From an uncultured Verrucomicrobiae bacterium (GTDB lineage: Bacteria; Verrucomicrobiota; Verrucomicrobiia; Limisphaerales; UBA11358): a DNA stretch of 64,000 bases. Position numbers and translations under genes: made by a program. The notes beneath the pieces were generated by a model. The model did not search any database. It saw only the letters and a program-made list of their open reading frames with translations, and was not told the origin of the DNA. Of the stretch, positions 1 through 9,053 are shown piece after piece. Location of the stretch: the NCBI GenBank assembly GCA_963755455.1, contig CAVWJH010000001.1:146864-210863 (forward strand), read 5' to 3'. The number at the start of each line of letters is the position of its first letter. Position 1 is the first letter of the stretch.

Positions 1-470
1 GCCACGACCGCTATTTTCTCAACCGCGTCTGCACGGACATTCTGGCGTTTGAAGGCGATGGCAAAATCCATCACAGCGTCGGCGACTACGATTATTATCT
101 GGAGAAGAAAAAGAAGGCGGAGGCAGCGGCGGCCCGGCAGAGCGCCGCCATCCTTGCCACGAACAAATCTGAAAAGTCAGCGGCACTCGCCCGCGAGGCC
201 GCTACGAAGACAAACAAGCCGCGCAAACTGTCCTTCAAAGAAACGCGCGAACTCGAAGGCATGGAAGCGCAAATTCACGCCGTCGAAGCCGAAGTCGCGC
301 GCATCGAAGGTTTGTTCGCCGACCCGGAATTTTTCCGCAAACACGCGGCGCAGGTGAACCAACTCACGGCCGAACTCGAAGCGGCGAAGGAAAACGTCAC
401 GAAGCTTTATGCTCGCTGGGAGGAACTGGAGGCGGTCCGGGCGGCTTCGACGGATGCAAAGGCTGGTTGA
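1..470 (+). CDS. ABC-F family ATPase (Uup-like), C-terminal part; 5' end outside the window
   Basis: Frame 3 reads HDRYFLNRVCTDILAFEGDGKIHHSVGDYDYYLEKKKK...KLSFKETRELEGMEAQIHAVEAEVARIEGLF...KLYARWEELE. This matches the end of the second ABC domain plus the charged linker and C-terminal coiled coil typical of ABC-F proteins. Stop at 468-470. Confidence 0.6.
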   Translation, partial: HDRYFLNRVCTDILAFEGDGKIHHSVGDYDYYLEKKKKAEAAAARQSAAILATNKSEKSAALAREAATKTNKPRKLSFKETRELEGMEAQIHAVEAEVARIEGLFADPEFFRKHAAQVNQLTAELEAAKENVTKLYARWEELEAVRAASTDAKAG

Positions 471-696
471 TGCGATGCGCCTTGAGTTCGGCGTAGATGG
501 ATTGCGCGAGGCCGGACTTCGCGAAGCCGACGGCCTTCGCGCCTTTGATGTTGAAAAACTTTTCAAAATCCGCCGCCGTGAAATGCTGCACGACCGGATA
601 ATGCGTGAAGTCTTTCAACACTTCCTCGCGGCTGGCTTCGGCGATGATGTCCGTGGTGATGAGAACAAAATGCAGATTGCTTTTGTTCGCGCGCAA
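397..696 (-). CDS. Hypothetical protein (about 80-99 aa)
   Basis: ORF with TTG start. Its last ~24 codons are antisense to the ABC-F 3' end, so the true stop or frame is uncertain. No family recognised. Confidence 0.25.
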   Translation of the reverse strand: MRANKSNLHFVLITTDIIAEASREEVLKDFTHYPVVQHFTAADFEKFFNIKGAKAVGFAKSGLAQSIYAELKAHRINQPLHPSKPPGPPPVPPSEHKAS

Positions 697-794
697 CGCT
701 GTCGCGGCCGACGAGCAGCAGCTCGGTTTTCAGCACGAAACGGAAATAATTGTTCGACCAGCGGAACTGGCTGGCGCTGGAACGTCGCCGTTCA

Positions 795-2800
795 TCACGC
801 CACTTTCACTTTGACCTTGTGGCCTTTGATTTCCGCGCGGTTCAGCTTGGCGATGATGCCGTTGGCGTGTTCGCTGGCCACGTCCACAAACGAATGCCGC
901 TCGCGCACGTCCACCGTGCCGACGACTTTGCCGGGCAGGCCGGTTTCGCCGGCGACGGAGTTCACGAAATCAATCGGCGCGACGCCTTGTTCCTTGCCGA
1001 CGCTGATCCAGAGGCGCGTCTGGTCGGCGGGCGTCGCGCGGCTGACTTTGGGTTTCGGCGCGGCGGCGGGCGCGGGCTTGGGCTTGAGAAATAATTTTGA
1101 TTCCGGCTTCGGTTCGGGCGTTTTCACCGAGGCCAGAATTTCCGCGTCGGAAAAAGTTTTTACAGCTTCGGTTTTCACTTCGACCGGCGGTTTGTGCATC
1201 CGGCGGCGGAACAATGTTTTTCACCGGCGCGCAGGGCGCGGCTTTCCACGGCGTCGGTTTTGGATTTTTTCGGCGCGGCGAATTTTGATTCGGCGCGCGG
1301 CGGACGGTCTTCAAACCGGCGCGGGCGTTCGTCGCGGCGGTTGTCAAAACTTGGCCGGCGGTCATCGCGGTAACGGGCGTTGCGCGGCGGCACGATCTTC
1401 AAAACGGCCCCGCGATCATCGCGTCGCTCGCGAAAGGCGGCGTTCTCGCGCTGCGGGCGTTCGTATTCTTCGCGTCTTCGGCGCGGGCTTGGCGCGCGCC
1501 TTCGCCGCTTTGCAACTGATGAATCAGCGCGGACGCGATGTCGGTGGAGCTGAAACCTTCCTCCAGCAGGCGTTCGACGAGGTGATCCTGTTTTTGATAT
1601 TCGCCGCTGGTGAGCAGCGACGCGGAGCTTGTCGAGAAACACATTTGCGCGCGCTTCGTGCGACTTCATCGGCGGTCGGGATTTTGCCGCGCTGAATCCG
1701 CACGTTCGTGAAACGCTCGATGTTGCGGATTTGAAACAGTTCGCGGCCGGACACGAACGAAATCGCGCGCCCGCTGCGTGCCCGCGCGTCCGGTGCGCCC
1801 GATGCGATGCACATAATCTTCCGCGTCGTAAGGCAGATCGTAATTGAACACGACCTGCACGTCGTCCACGTCAATGCCGCGCGCGGCGACGTCCGTGGCC
1901 ACGAGAAATTCCAGGCCGGACTTGCGGAATTTGTTCATCACGCGGTCGCGCATGCGCCTGCGTCATGTCGCCGTGCAACCGGTCGGCCATGATAACCCTG
2001 CGCTTCGAGATGATCCACAAGATCGTCCACCATGCGCTTGGTGTTGCAAAAAATGATGCCCAGCTTGAGGTCGTAAATGTCAATCAGCCGCGTGAGCAGT
2101 TCGATTTTGTAGCGGCGGTCCACTTCGTAATAAACCTGCTCGACGGTCGGCACGGTCATCGCCTTTTGCTCGATCTTCACGTTCTGCGGATCGCGCGAAT
2201 ATTTTTCGATCAGGTCGCGGATCGGCTTCGGCATCGTGGCGGAAAAGAAAACCGTCTGCCGTTCCTTCGGCGCGTCTTTCAAAATGGTTTCGATGTCGTC
2301 GCGGAAACCCATGTTCAGCATCACGTCGGCCTCGTCGAGGATGACCATCTTGATCGTTGTCGAGCCGCAGCGTGCCGCGCCGCATGTGATCCATCACGCG
2401 GCCCGGCGTGCCGATGACGATTTGCGCGCCCTGCCGCAGGCCGAAAAACTGGCGCTCGTAGGATTGCCCGCCGTAAATCGGCAGCGACGATGATGCCGCG
2501 CTTGAAAAACGCGAGCTTGTGGATTTCCTCGGCCACCTGCACGGCCAGTTCGCGCGTCGGGCAAAGGATCAAAACTTGCACGGCGCGTTCAGATTCGGAT
2601 CGTCTTTTTCAATCGGCCGGAATGCGCGAACGCCGCGGTCTTGCCGGAGCCGGTCTGCGACTGGCCGACGACGTCCGTCCGCTCATCAGCACGGGAATGG
2701 CCTCGGCCTGGATGGGCGCGGCCTGTTCAAAGCCCAGTTTGTCAATGGCCTTGAGCATTTCGGCGGAAAGGCCGAGTTCGGAAAAAAGTTTTGGTGTCAT
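795..2800 (-). pseudogene. deaD: DEAD-box ATP-dependent RNA helicase (DeaD/CsdA-like) with C-terminal DbpA-type RNA-binding domain; at least 5 frame disruptions
   Basis: Consecutive minus-strand ORF fragments carry FSELGLSAEMLKAIDKLGFEQAAPIQ (Q motif), [22 protein letters not shown] (DEAD), [20 protein letters not shown] and [10 protein letters not shown]. The tail ...LWISVGKEQGVAPIDFVNSVAGETGLPGKVVGTVDVRERHSFVDV... is a DbpA domain. Confidence 0.85.
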
Positions 2801-2901
2801 TCAATGTCTTGCGACGATTCCAGACTAGCGGAGTTTGGGATGGAATGAGAGCTATTTCTGCGGTGCAAAACCGGCGGAATTCATCACCTCGATTTTTTTG
2901 C

Positions 2902-2930
2902 TTGACATACATATAAAGTCTATGTATTGT
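2902..2930 (+). promoter_or_regulatory. Sigma70-like promoter (TTGACA-17-TATTGT) overlapping a TACATA-N7-TATGTA palindrome, 6 nt upstream of the padR ATG
   Basis: TTGACA at 2902-2907 and TATTGT at 2925-2930. Inverted repeat TACATA 2908-2913 / TATGTA 2921-2926. No Shine-Dalgarno before ATG 2937, so a leaderless transcript is possible. Confidence 0.35.
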
Positions 2931-2936
2931 GTCCCT

Positions 2937-3269
2937 ATGATTCGCAAAGAACTCGTCGCCGCCTCGGCTGAACCGTTGATTTTGTCGCTGCTCGCAAAGG
3001 GCGAGAGTTACGGTTACGCCATCATCCAGGAAGTCAAGGCGCGCTCGGACGGCAAATTGAACTGGACGGACGGGATGCTTTACCCAGTGCTGCACCGGAT
3101 GGAACATCGGGGCTTGATCAAATCACGCTGGGCGGAAAGCGAAACCGGGCGGAAGCGGAAATATTACTCGCTCAAAAAAGACGGCAAAACGGCGATGGCC
3201 AAACACCACGAACAATGGTCGCTGGTTCATTCCGTTTTGGCCGGATTGAAAAAGGAACAATATGTTTGA
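2937..3269 (+). CDS. PadR family transcriptional regulator
   Basis: LILSLLAKGESYGYAIIQEVKARSDGKLNWTDGMLYPVLHRMEHRGLIKSRW...GRKRKYYSLKKDG is a canonical PadR winged helix. Its stop overlaps the next ATG (ATGTTTGA). Confidence 0.9.
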   Translation: MIRKELVAASAEPLILSLLAKGESYGYAIIQEVKARSDGKLNWTDGMLYPVLHRMEHRGLIKSRWAESETGRKRKYYSLKKDGKTAMAKHHEQWSLVHSVLAGLKKEQYV

Positions 3270-3913
3270 CCTTGAAAAATCCATCGCGGACTGGCGAAAC
3301 CAAATGCTCGCCGCCGGAATCAAAACGCCCGTGCCGCTGGAAGAGTTGGAAATTCATCTGCGCGAAGAAATCGAGCGGCAAATGCAATCGGGGTTGAGTG
3401 CGCAACGGGCGTGCGACGTCGCCACCAGAAAAAATTGGCGGCGCATCCGAACTAAAAAAGGAATTCAAGAAAACAGCCGATCCGTTGGATATGTGGCTCG
3501 TGAAACGAATGGGAATCGCCTGTGGCGCCTTCTCGCTGTTATTTTCAATGTGGATCCTTTTTTTCCTTTTCACCGATGAAATAAGTTTCATCACGAAAAT
3601 CTGCGGCCTGGCCGCTGTTGCCGCCGCCGGATTAAGCTGGAGATACAGCCATACGTTTCTTCCGGTAATCCGTCGTCGGTGGATCCGGGCGGCGATCGGA
3701 GGACTGTGTTGTCTTGGCGGTATTGTTTGGATTCGGCTTTTTTGCATCCATTTAGCCCCCGATTTGCTGGTGCGGGCGTTCGAAACCGCCACCATGCGCG
3801 GTTGGTTTTTAGTTTTGTTTCTGTGGGCGTGGAGCGTGGTCGCCATGTTTGGCGGAATTGCATTTGGATTGGAAAAGGCCGCGCGCGGGAAAGACACCGT
3901 GACGGTTTCATAA
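3262..3913 (+). pseudogene. PadR-associated membrane protein (N-terminal MFDLEKSIADWRNQMLAAGIK helix plus multi-TM C-terminus); one frameshift at an A6 run near 3425
   Basis: ORF 3262.. and ORF 3398..3913 join as ...SAQRACDVATRK|IGGASELKKEFKK..., parallel to the intact paralog (AFEMAALQIGQADVLKTEFVK). The C-terminus is hydrophobic. Confidence 0.6.
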
Positions 3914-3924
3914 AACGAAACAAT

Positions 3925-4644
3925 ATGTTTGACCTTGAAAAATCCATCGCGGACTGGCGAAACCAAATGCTCGCCGCCGGAATCAAAACACCCGTGCCGC
4001 TGGAAGAGTTGGAAATTCATTTGCGCGAAAATATCGAGCAGCAGATGCAATCAGGCGCAAATGAGCAACGAGCTTTTGAAATGGCTGCCTTGCAAATTGG
4101 TCAAGCCGATGTCTTGAAAACGGAATTTGTAAAAGCTGGCGGAGAAATTCCCGAAAGATTGAAGCAGTTCTTTTTTACCCTCGCAGGCACTCCAAACTAT
4201 CAACTCGCTACTAATATGAATACGACCAATTCAAACATCGAACCGCGCTGGGCAACTTATGCCAAGGCTGGCACCTTCCTTTTTCCTACGGTTTTTCTAT
4301 GGCTTTTAACCGTTGTCTTTGTTTTGCCAAAGGCGAATGAAATTTGTTCAGTGGCGGGCACAACTGTTTTTAATTTTGCGCAGCCTGTTCCTGCCATATT
4401 AAGAGTTTGGGCTACAACTGGCCAGACCTTGGTTTTTCTAACGAGCCACGGTTTTTTAATCGGCGGCGCAATCGTCTTGGCGTTCATTTTGTTAGAACGG
4501 TATTTCAGCCAGTGGCCACGCTATCGCCGGACGGCAATTGGCATTGTGGTTTTTCTTTTGAACGCGGTCGTTCTTCTTTCGCTGACCCTGATGATTATTT
4601 CGATTCTCGACGCAGCGCCAGCTTTGTATCATCATGCCCATTAA
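3925..4644 (+). CDS. PadR-associated membrane protein, tandem paralog of 3262..3913
   Basis: ATG at 3925. The first ~100 nt are nearly identical to 3262-3360. The C-terminal half holds several hydrophobic segments (FLFPTVFLWLLTVVFVL, FLIGGAIVLAFILL, IGIVVFLLNAVVLLSLTLMIISIL). Confidence 0.65.
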   Translation: MFDLEKSIADWRNQMLAAGIKTPVPLEELEIHLRENIEQQMQSGANEQRAFEMAALQIGQADVLKTEFVKAGGEIPERLKQFFFTLAGTPNYQLATNMNTTNSNIEPRWATYAKAGTFLFPTVFLWLLTVVFVLPKANEICSVAGTTVFNFAQPVPAILRVWATTGQTLVFLTSHGFLIGGAIVLAFILLERYFSQWPRYRRTAIGIVVFLLNAVVLLSLTLMIISILDAAPALYHHAH

Positions 4645-4664
4645 CTGATGAAGGTTGACCGCGC

Positions 4665-4714
4665 GCCTCCAGAATTTTTTTCAATTCCTCCGCCGCCCTG
4701 CCGCCGAAACCGGC
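4665..4714. repeat. Degenerate duplicate of the uvrC 3' end (distal copy)
   Basis: Hand alignment with 5208-5257 gives 44/50 identical. The minus-strand translation AGFGGRAAEELKKILEAR compares with PGFGGKAAEELKKFLEARI* of the real uvrC. Confidence 0.7.
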
Positions 4715-4748
4715 TTGCGCAAAAGTGACAGCCGGTTAAACTTGTTCC

Positions 4749-4946
4749 ATGAGTTTTGAGCAGCTCAAACGCGAAGTGACGGCATTGAATGACCGCGAGC
4801 GGGCGGAGTTGATTCGCTACACGCTTCAACTACGTCACGAGCACGACGCGGAATATCGCCGCGAAGTCACCGAAAGTTTGAACGACCGCGACAAATCGCA
4901 CTGGCTCACGCCGGAAGAATTAGAGCGCCGCCTCGACAACAATTAA
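4749..4946 (+). CDS. Putative antitoxin (small helical addiction-module component)
   Basis: 65-aa ORF MSFEQLKREVTALNDRERAELIRYTLQL...LTPEELERRLDNN, 4 nt upstream of a RelE/ParE-like ORF. Confidence 0.5.
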   Translation: MSFEQLKREVTALNDRERAELIRYTLQLRHEHDAEYRREVTESLNDRDKSHWLTPEELERRLDNN

Positions 4947-4950
4947 GGCC

Positions 4951-5201
4951 ATGCGGCCTTATGCCATTTACATCAACGAAGCAGCGTCGAGTTTCGTGCC
5001 GCGTTACGGTTCGCAACGCGAAAGAGTGATGAATTTTGTCCGTTCGCTTGCCGAAAGTCCAAACACGTCCGGGGATTTTCAGAAAAGGACGCCGCCGGCC
5101 GGATTGTCCAGGTAAAAATCATTGGCCGTTATGCGGTGACGTTTTGGGCCGACCACGCCATTTCAGAAATCAAAGTGACGCACATCAAGCCAGCGGATTA
5201 A
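4951..5201 (+). pseudogene. RelE/ParE-superfamily-like toxin, one frameshift near 5085-5100
   Basis: MRPYAIYINEAASSFVPRYGSQRERVMNFVRSLAESPNTSGDFQ then, after a frame change, KDAAGRIVQVKIIGRYAVTFWADHAISEIKVTHIKPAD*. Absent from the ORF track because both halves are under 60 aa. Its stop overlaps the convergent uvrC stop. Confidence 0.45.
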
Positions 5202-6813
5202 ATCCGTGCCTCCAAAAACTTTTTCAATTCCTCCGCCGCCTTGCCGCCGAAGCCGGGCACTTCGGAGATTTGTTCAACCGTCGCCAGTTGCAATCGCCGC
5301 ACCGAGCCGAATTTTTTCAGCAACGCCGATTTGCGCCGCTCGCCGATGCCGGGAAATTCGTCCAGCACGCTCTCGGAAATCCGCTTGAGCCGCAACTGCG
5401 CGTTGTAGGAATTCGCCACGCGATGCGATTCGTCGCGGATGCGTTGCAACAATTTCACCGCCGGATGATCCAGTCCCAGCCGCAACGGTTCGCTTTTGCC
5501 CGGCAGATAAATTTCCTCAAATTCCTTGGCCAGCCCGATGACGGGAATTTTTTCGAGGCCGAGTTTTTCCAATTCAGCAACCGCCATGCCGAGCTGACCT
5601 TTGCCGCCGTCAATCAAAATCAAATCCGGCAGATTGGAATTGGCCGATGGAAATTGGGAAGTCTTGACCGGAATTCGCTGGCGAACTTTGCGGCTCGTTT
5701 CATTCAACGAGCGTTTGTAATTCCTCCGGCACAGCGTGACCGTCGTCGTCATTCTTTGTTTTTTGGGTTGGCGCGACGCTTTCATTCAGCAGCCGTGAAT
5801 AACGCCGCCGCACGACTTCCGCCATGCTCGCAAAATCGTCCTGGCCTTCGACGGTTTTGATTTTGAAGCGACGATAATTCGCGCGGTCGGGCCGGCCATT
5901 TTTGAAACTCACCAGCGACGCGACGGCGAACGTGCCGCTGATGTTGGAAATGTCAAAGCCTTCAATGCGCTGCGGCGGCGCCGGCAAATTCAGAACTTTC
6001 GCGAGTTGCGCCAAATCATTTTGCGGCTGGCACATTGCCCGGCAACGAATACGGAATGCGCGCAAATTTTTCCGTTTTCTTCCAAGTGTCTTTCAAGTCG
6101 CGAACCAAGTCGCGCAGGCTCGCGGCTTTTTCAAAATCCTGCGCCGCCGCCGCCTTTTTCATTTCGCCTTCGAGCTGTTCCTGCATTTCGCGGCATTGGC
6201 CTTCAAGAAAACCGCACGCGGCCTTGACCTGTTCGAGATATTGCTCGCGCGAAACATTTCCGACGCACGGCGCGGTGCAGTATTTCAGATGCGCGTAAAG
6301 GCAATGTTTGTAATCGCTCTCGCCCGGCGTGAACACGCGGCAGCCGCGCAGATTGAATTGCCGTTGCGCGAGCGTGACGACGTTCCGCGCCGCCGTCGCG
6401 TTGACGAACGGCCCGAAATAGCGCGCGCCGTCGTCTTTTTTGAAACGCGCAAAAGAAAAATTCGGGATCGGGTCGTTCAGATTCACTTTCAACATCAAAA
6501 ACCGTTTGTCGTCGCGGAAGCTGATGTTGTAGCGCGGCTTGAATTCCTTGATGAGTTTGCTTTCGAGCAGGAGCGCCTCGGGTTCGCTGCGGACGACGTG
6601 GAAATCGAAATCGTGAATCGCCTCGACGAGCGCGTTGAATTTCAAATCCCAGCCCATGCGCCGCGACGATTGAAAATACTGGCTGACGCGTTTGCGCAGA
6701 TTGAGCGCCTTGCCGACGTAAATGACCGTGCCGAAGCGGTCGCGGTGCAGATACACGCCCGGCTTGTGCGGCAACGCGCTGAATTTTTTGCGGATGGCTT
6801 CGGTCACAGGCAT
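5198..6813 (-). pseudogene. uvrC: Excinuclease ABC subunit C, two frame disruptions (near 6040 and 5760)
   Basis: GVYLHRDRFGTVIYVGKALNLRKRVSQYF (GIY-YIG), UVR-domain-like [43 protein letters not shown] and a C-terminal (HhH)2 GIGERRKSALLKKFGS...ISEVPGFGGKAAEEL. Confidence 0.9.
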
Positions 6814-6854
6814 GAAGAGAATTTCAACGCAAAGGCGCAAAGACGCAAAGGAAT

Positions 6855-7517
6855 TTATTCCGGCTTCTGGCTTCTGACTTCTGACTTCTGTTTCATGTGC
6901 CGGTGGACGAGGAAATAATACATTCCGCCGAAAACCAGCGCCGCGCCGCCGAGCCAGAGCGTGATGTGGTGTCCTTCGTCCTCGCCCATTTTCACGCCGA
7001 CATAGCAAAGCACGAAACACCAGATCACCGCGCCGAGCAGCGTGAAAATGGAAAACAGCCGGTAATCCATCCGCGTGATGCCGGTGGGAATGCCGACAAG
7101 CTGCCGCGCGCCGGGCAGCATCCGCGCAACGAGCACGCCCATCGCGCCGTAGTGCGACATCCACTGCTCGGCCTTTTCCAGTTTTTCCGGCGGAAACAAA
7201 ATAAATTTTCCGTAACGCAACACCAGCGGCCGTCCGGCGGCGCGCACCAGCCAATACATCGCCGATGCGCCGAGCCACGAACCGAACGCGCCCGCAATGA
7301 CGATGCCAATTTCAGCCGCCCAGCCGGAAAGATGAAGCTGAAAAATATTCAATCCATCCGTCCACGCCAGATGCGCGGCGGGCGGGATGATGAATTCGCT
7401 CGGCAGCGGCAGGAAGGAGCCTTCCAAAGCCATCAACAGCGCGACAAGCGCAAAGCCGCCGGTTTTGAGCGCGCCGAGATACCAGACGATGAGCGGCTGA
7501 AATAAATTTTTGAGCAT
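6855..7517 (-). CDS. DedA family membrane protein
   Basis: LMALEGSFLPLPSEFIIPPAA...YGKFILFPPEKLEKAEQWMSHYGAMGVLVARMLPGARQLVGIPTGITRM is a DedA/SNARE-associated signature. The last ~12 codons (KQKSEVRSQKPE) are encoded by a heptamer array. Confidence 0.85.
   Translation of the reverse strand: MLKNLFQPLIVWYLGALKTGGFALVALLMALEGSFLPLPSEFIIPPAAHLAWTDGLNIFQLHLSGWAAEIGIVIAGAFGSWLGASAMYWLVRAAGRPLVLRYGKFILFPPEKLEKAEQWMSHYGAMGVLVARMLPGARQLVGIPTGITRMDYRLFSIFTLLGAVIWCFVLCYVGVKMGEDEGHHITLWLGGAALVFGGMYYFLVHRHMKQKSEVRSQKPE
6859..6890. repeat. Heptanucleotide-periodic array (GGCTTCT/GACTTCT, about 4.5 units)
   Basis: ggcttctggcttctgacttctgacttctg. It is preceded at 6825-6855 by a REP-like caacgcaaaggcgcaaagacgcaaagg. 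Confidence 0.75.
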
Positions 7518-7528
7518 GAATTAAATTT

Positions 7529-7747
7529 TCATGCCGCAACTGGCGAAAGTAATGCCAATTCAGAATTTTCCAAAACGCGCCGGGTCAGATCACGAGTCAC
7601 GGACGGAAAACATTCGAGGAATTCGTCGAGCGTGTAATTGTTTTCCAGATACTCGAAGAGCGTCTTCACCGGCACGCGCGTGCCTTTGAACACCGGCGTC
7701 CCGCCGAGAATGTCCGAGTCAACCGTGATGAGGTCGTTCGACTTCAT
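7529..7747 (-). CDS. DUF433 domain protein (antitoxin-like), no partner ORF seen
   Basis: ITVDSDILGGTPVFKGTRVPVKTLFEYLENNYTLDEFLECFPSVTRD matches the DUF433 pattern. Confidence 0.8.
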   Translation of the reverse strand: MKSNDLITVDSDILGGTPVFKGTRVPVKTLFEYLENNYTLDEFLECFPSVTRDLTRRVLENSELALLSPVAA

Positions 7748-7749
7748 GC

Positions 7750-8330
7750 GAGGAATTTAACACATCTTGCCGCTGGCAGTAAATCTTCGATTCTTTGAAC
7801 CTGAAGGCTTGAACGCGCGCGGTTTGCTTGGAAATTTTTTTGGCCGGGCGCGCCGGCAAATTTGTGAAATCGCTGGCCGATACATGAAAACGATTTAGCC
7901 ACAGATGAAACACGGATTGAACACGGATTTTTGAAATCATTTTGCGATGGACGTTTGGGGCGATTGGCGGTTGAATTTTTTGTCGCGCGAAGGACGCGAA
8001 GGCGGCGAAGTCCGTAGGAGCGGAATCATCAGTGAAAGAATTAACGCAAAGACGCCAAGACGCAATGAGCGCAAAGCAAAAATTCCTTGCGACTTCGCGC
8101 CTTTGCGTCTTTGCGTTGAAAATTTCCCCGCCGAATATGCCGCCCCGACGGGGCTGAAATTTTATTTTGGTTTTGGTTCTACAAATATGCCGCGCCGACG
8201 GCGCTGGGGACGAACGCCGTGCCAAAATCATTTTGCGTTGGACGTTTGGGGGGAGCGCGCGCGTCTCGCGTGCGGATGCGGGCGTCGCGCCCGGAACATT
8301 GTTGGACAAATTAGTTTTGGGAACGGGTTC
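7750..8330. repeat. REP-rich intergenic region with at least four repeat families
   Basis: TTAGCCACAGATGAAACACGGATT (recurs at 23446). AATCATTTTGCG-TGGACGTTTGGGG at 7934 and 8224. Hairpin AACGCAAAGACGC.../...GCGTCTTTGCGTT at 8041-8117. AATATGCCGC-CCGACGG-GCTG at 8134 and 8184. GGGAGCGCGCGCGTCTCGCGTG (reverse copy near 52805). Confidence 0.55.
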
Positions 8331-8624
8331 ATGCTGCGTCAAGGCTGGGCGACGTTGGATTTCAAAGACGTGGAGGAACTGGCGCAATTGAAGAAGCTGC
8401 ATGAGACTTTGCAGAAGGAAATCGCGGCAATCACAGAATCGTTGAAGGAATTGCGCGCAAGTCCAGATTATGAACTTTGCCAGTTGGCGGAGCAGAAGCC
8501 GGGCATTTTAGACGAGCTTGCGGCGGAACGGACGAAGCAGCTTGAAGTTGAAAATGCGGAGTTGGAATTGCAGGCGGAACGGCTGGCGAAGGAGATCAAG
8601 CAATTGGACGGCAAGGTGGGTTAA
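8331..8624 (+). CDS. Hypothetical coiled-coil protein
   Basis: ATG at 8331. The 97-aa product (LKKLHETLQKEIAAITESLKELRA...LEVENAELELQAERLAKEIKQLDGK) is helical and charged. The part of the ORF upstream of the ATG is REP translation. Confidence 0.35.
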   Translation: MLRQGWATLDFKDVEELAQLKKLHETLQKEIAAITESLKELRASPDYELCQLAEQKPGILDELAAERTKQLEVENAELELQAERLAKEIKQLDGKVG

Positions 8625-8679
8625 TAATCGTTCGGGAATTCCCCAATCGCCAGCCAGGCACCGGAATGGCTGATTTTGA

Positions 8680-9000
8680 ACCCGGAACGTCAAAAATGGG
8701 CGGCAACAGCGTAAAATTTTGCGGAGGAACGGCTTGATTGCCGTTGGCCAGCCTAAAAACGGCGGTGCAATGCCCAAAAACACCGGGGGAAAGCGAAAAA
8801 TGGCCGGGGGAAATGGATAATTGCGCGGGGGAACACCAATTGTCCGGAGGGAAAGCGATAATTGGGCGGTGGAAATGGGAAATTGCCCGGGGGAAAGCGT
8901 CCGATGCGCGGGGGAACCGGATAATTGTGCGGGGAACGTCCCAAATCTGCGGGGGAAAAGGCGCGGTGGCGGGGGACAACCGGAAATCATCACGTCCAGC
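8680..9000. repeat. Degenerate tandem array, about 15-17 units of 20-22 bp (consensus roughly CGGGGGAAANNGNNAATTGNG)
   Basis: Units read by eye, e.g. cgggggaaagcgaaaaatggc / cgggggaaatggataattgcg / cgggggaacaccaattgtc / cggagggaaagcgataattggg / cggtggaaatgggaaattgcc / cgggggaaagcgtccgatgcg / cgggggaaccggataattgtg. Confidence 0.6.
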
Positions 9001-9053
9001 CACCGGAATGAAGCGGCATCCGCACGGGACATTCCGCTTTTACTTGAGAAAAT

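Noticed and set aside
409-1695. 428-aa plus-strand ORF, with similar long ORFs at 5036-5860, 5902-6918, 10777-12267, 12116-13393 and 35005-36447 (minus)
   Set aside because: All are antisense to, or out of frame with, clearly recognisable genes (deaD, uvrC, thuA, mscS, pilB). Their products are Arg/Ala/Gly-rich nonsense typical of high-GC shadow ORFs.
5698-5796. Possible 82-nt imperfect tandem duplication inside uvrC ([11 protein letters not shown] vs [12 protein letters not shown])
   Set aside because: Similarity is only about 60-65% over ~30 nt and lies next to a T6-run frameshift. It cannot be distinguished from chance plus a linker-region indel without orthologue alignment.
7312-7539. 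75-aa minus-strand ORF as a possible toxin partner downstream of DUF433
   Set aside because: It lies almost entirely inside dedA in another frame and has no PIN or DUF5615-like motif.
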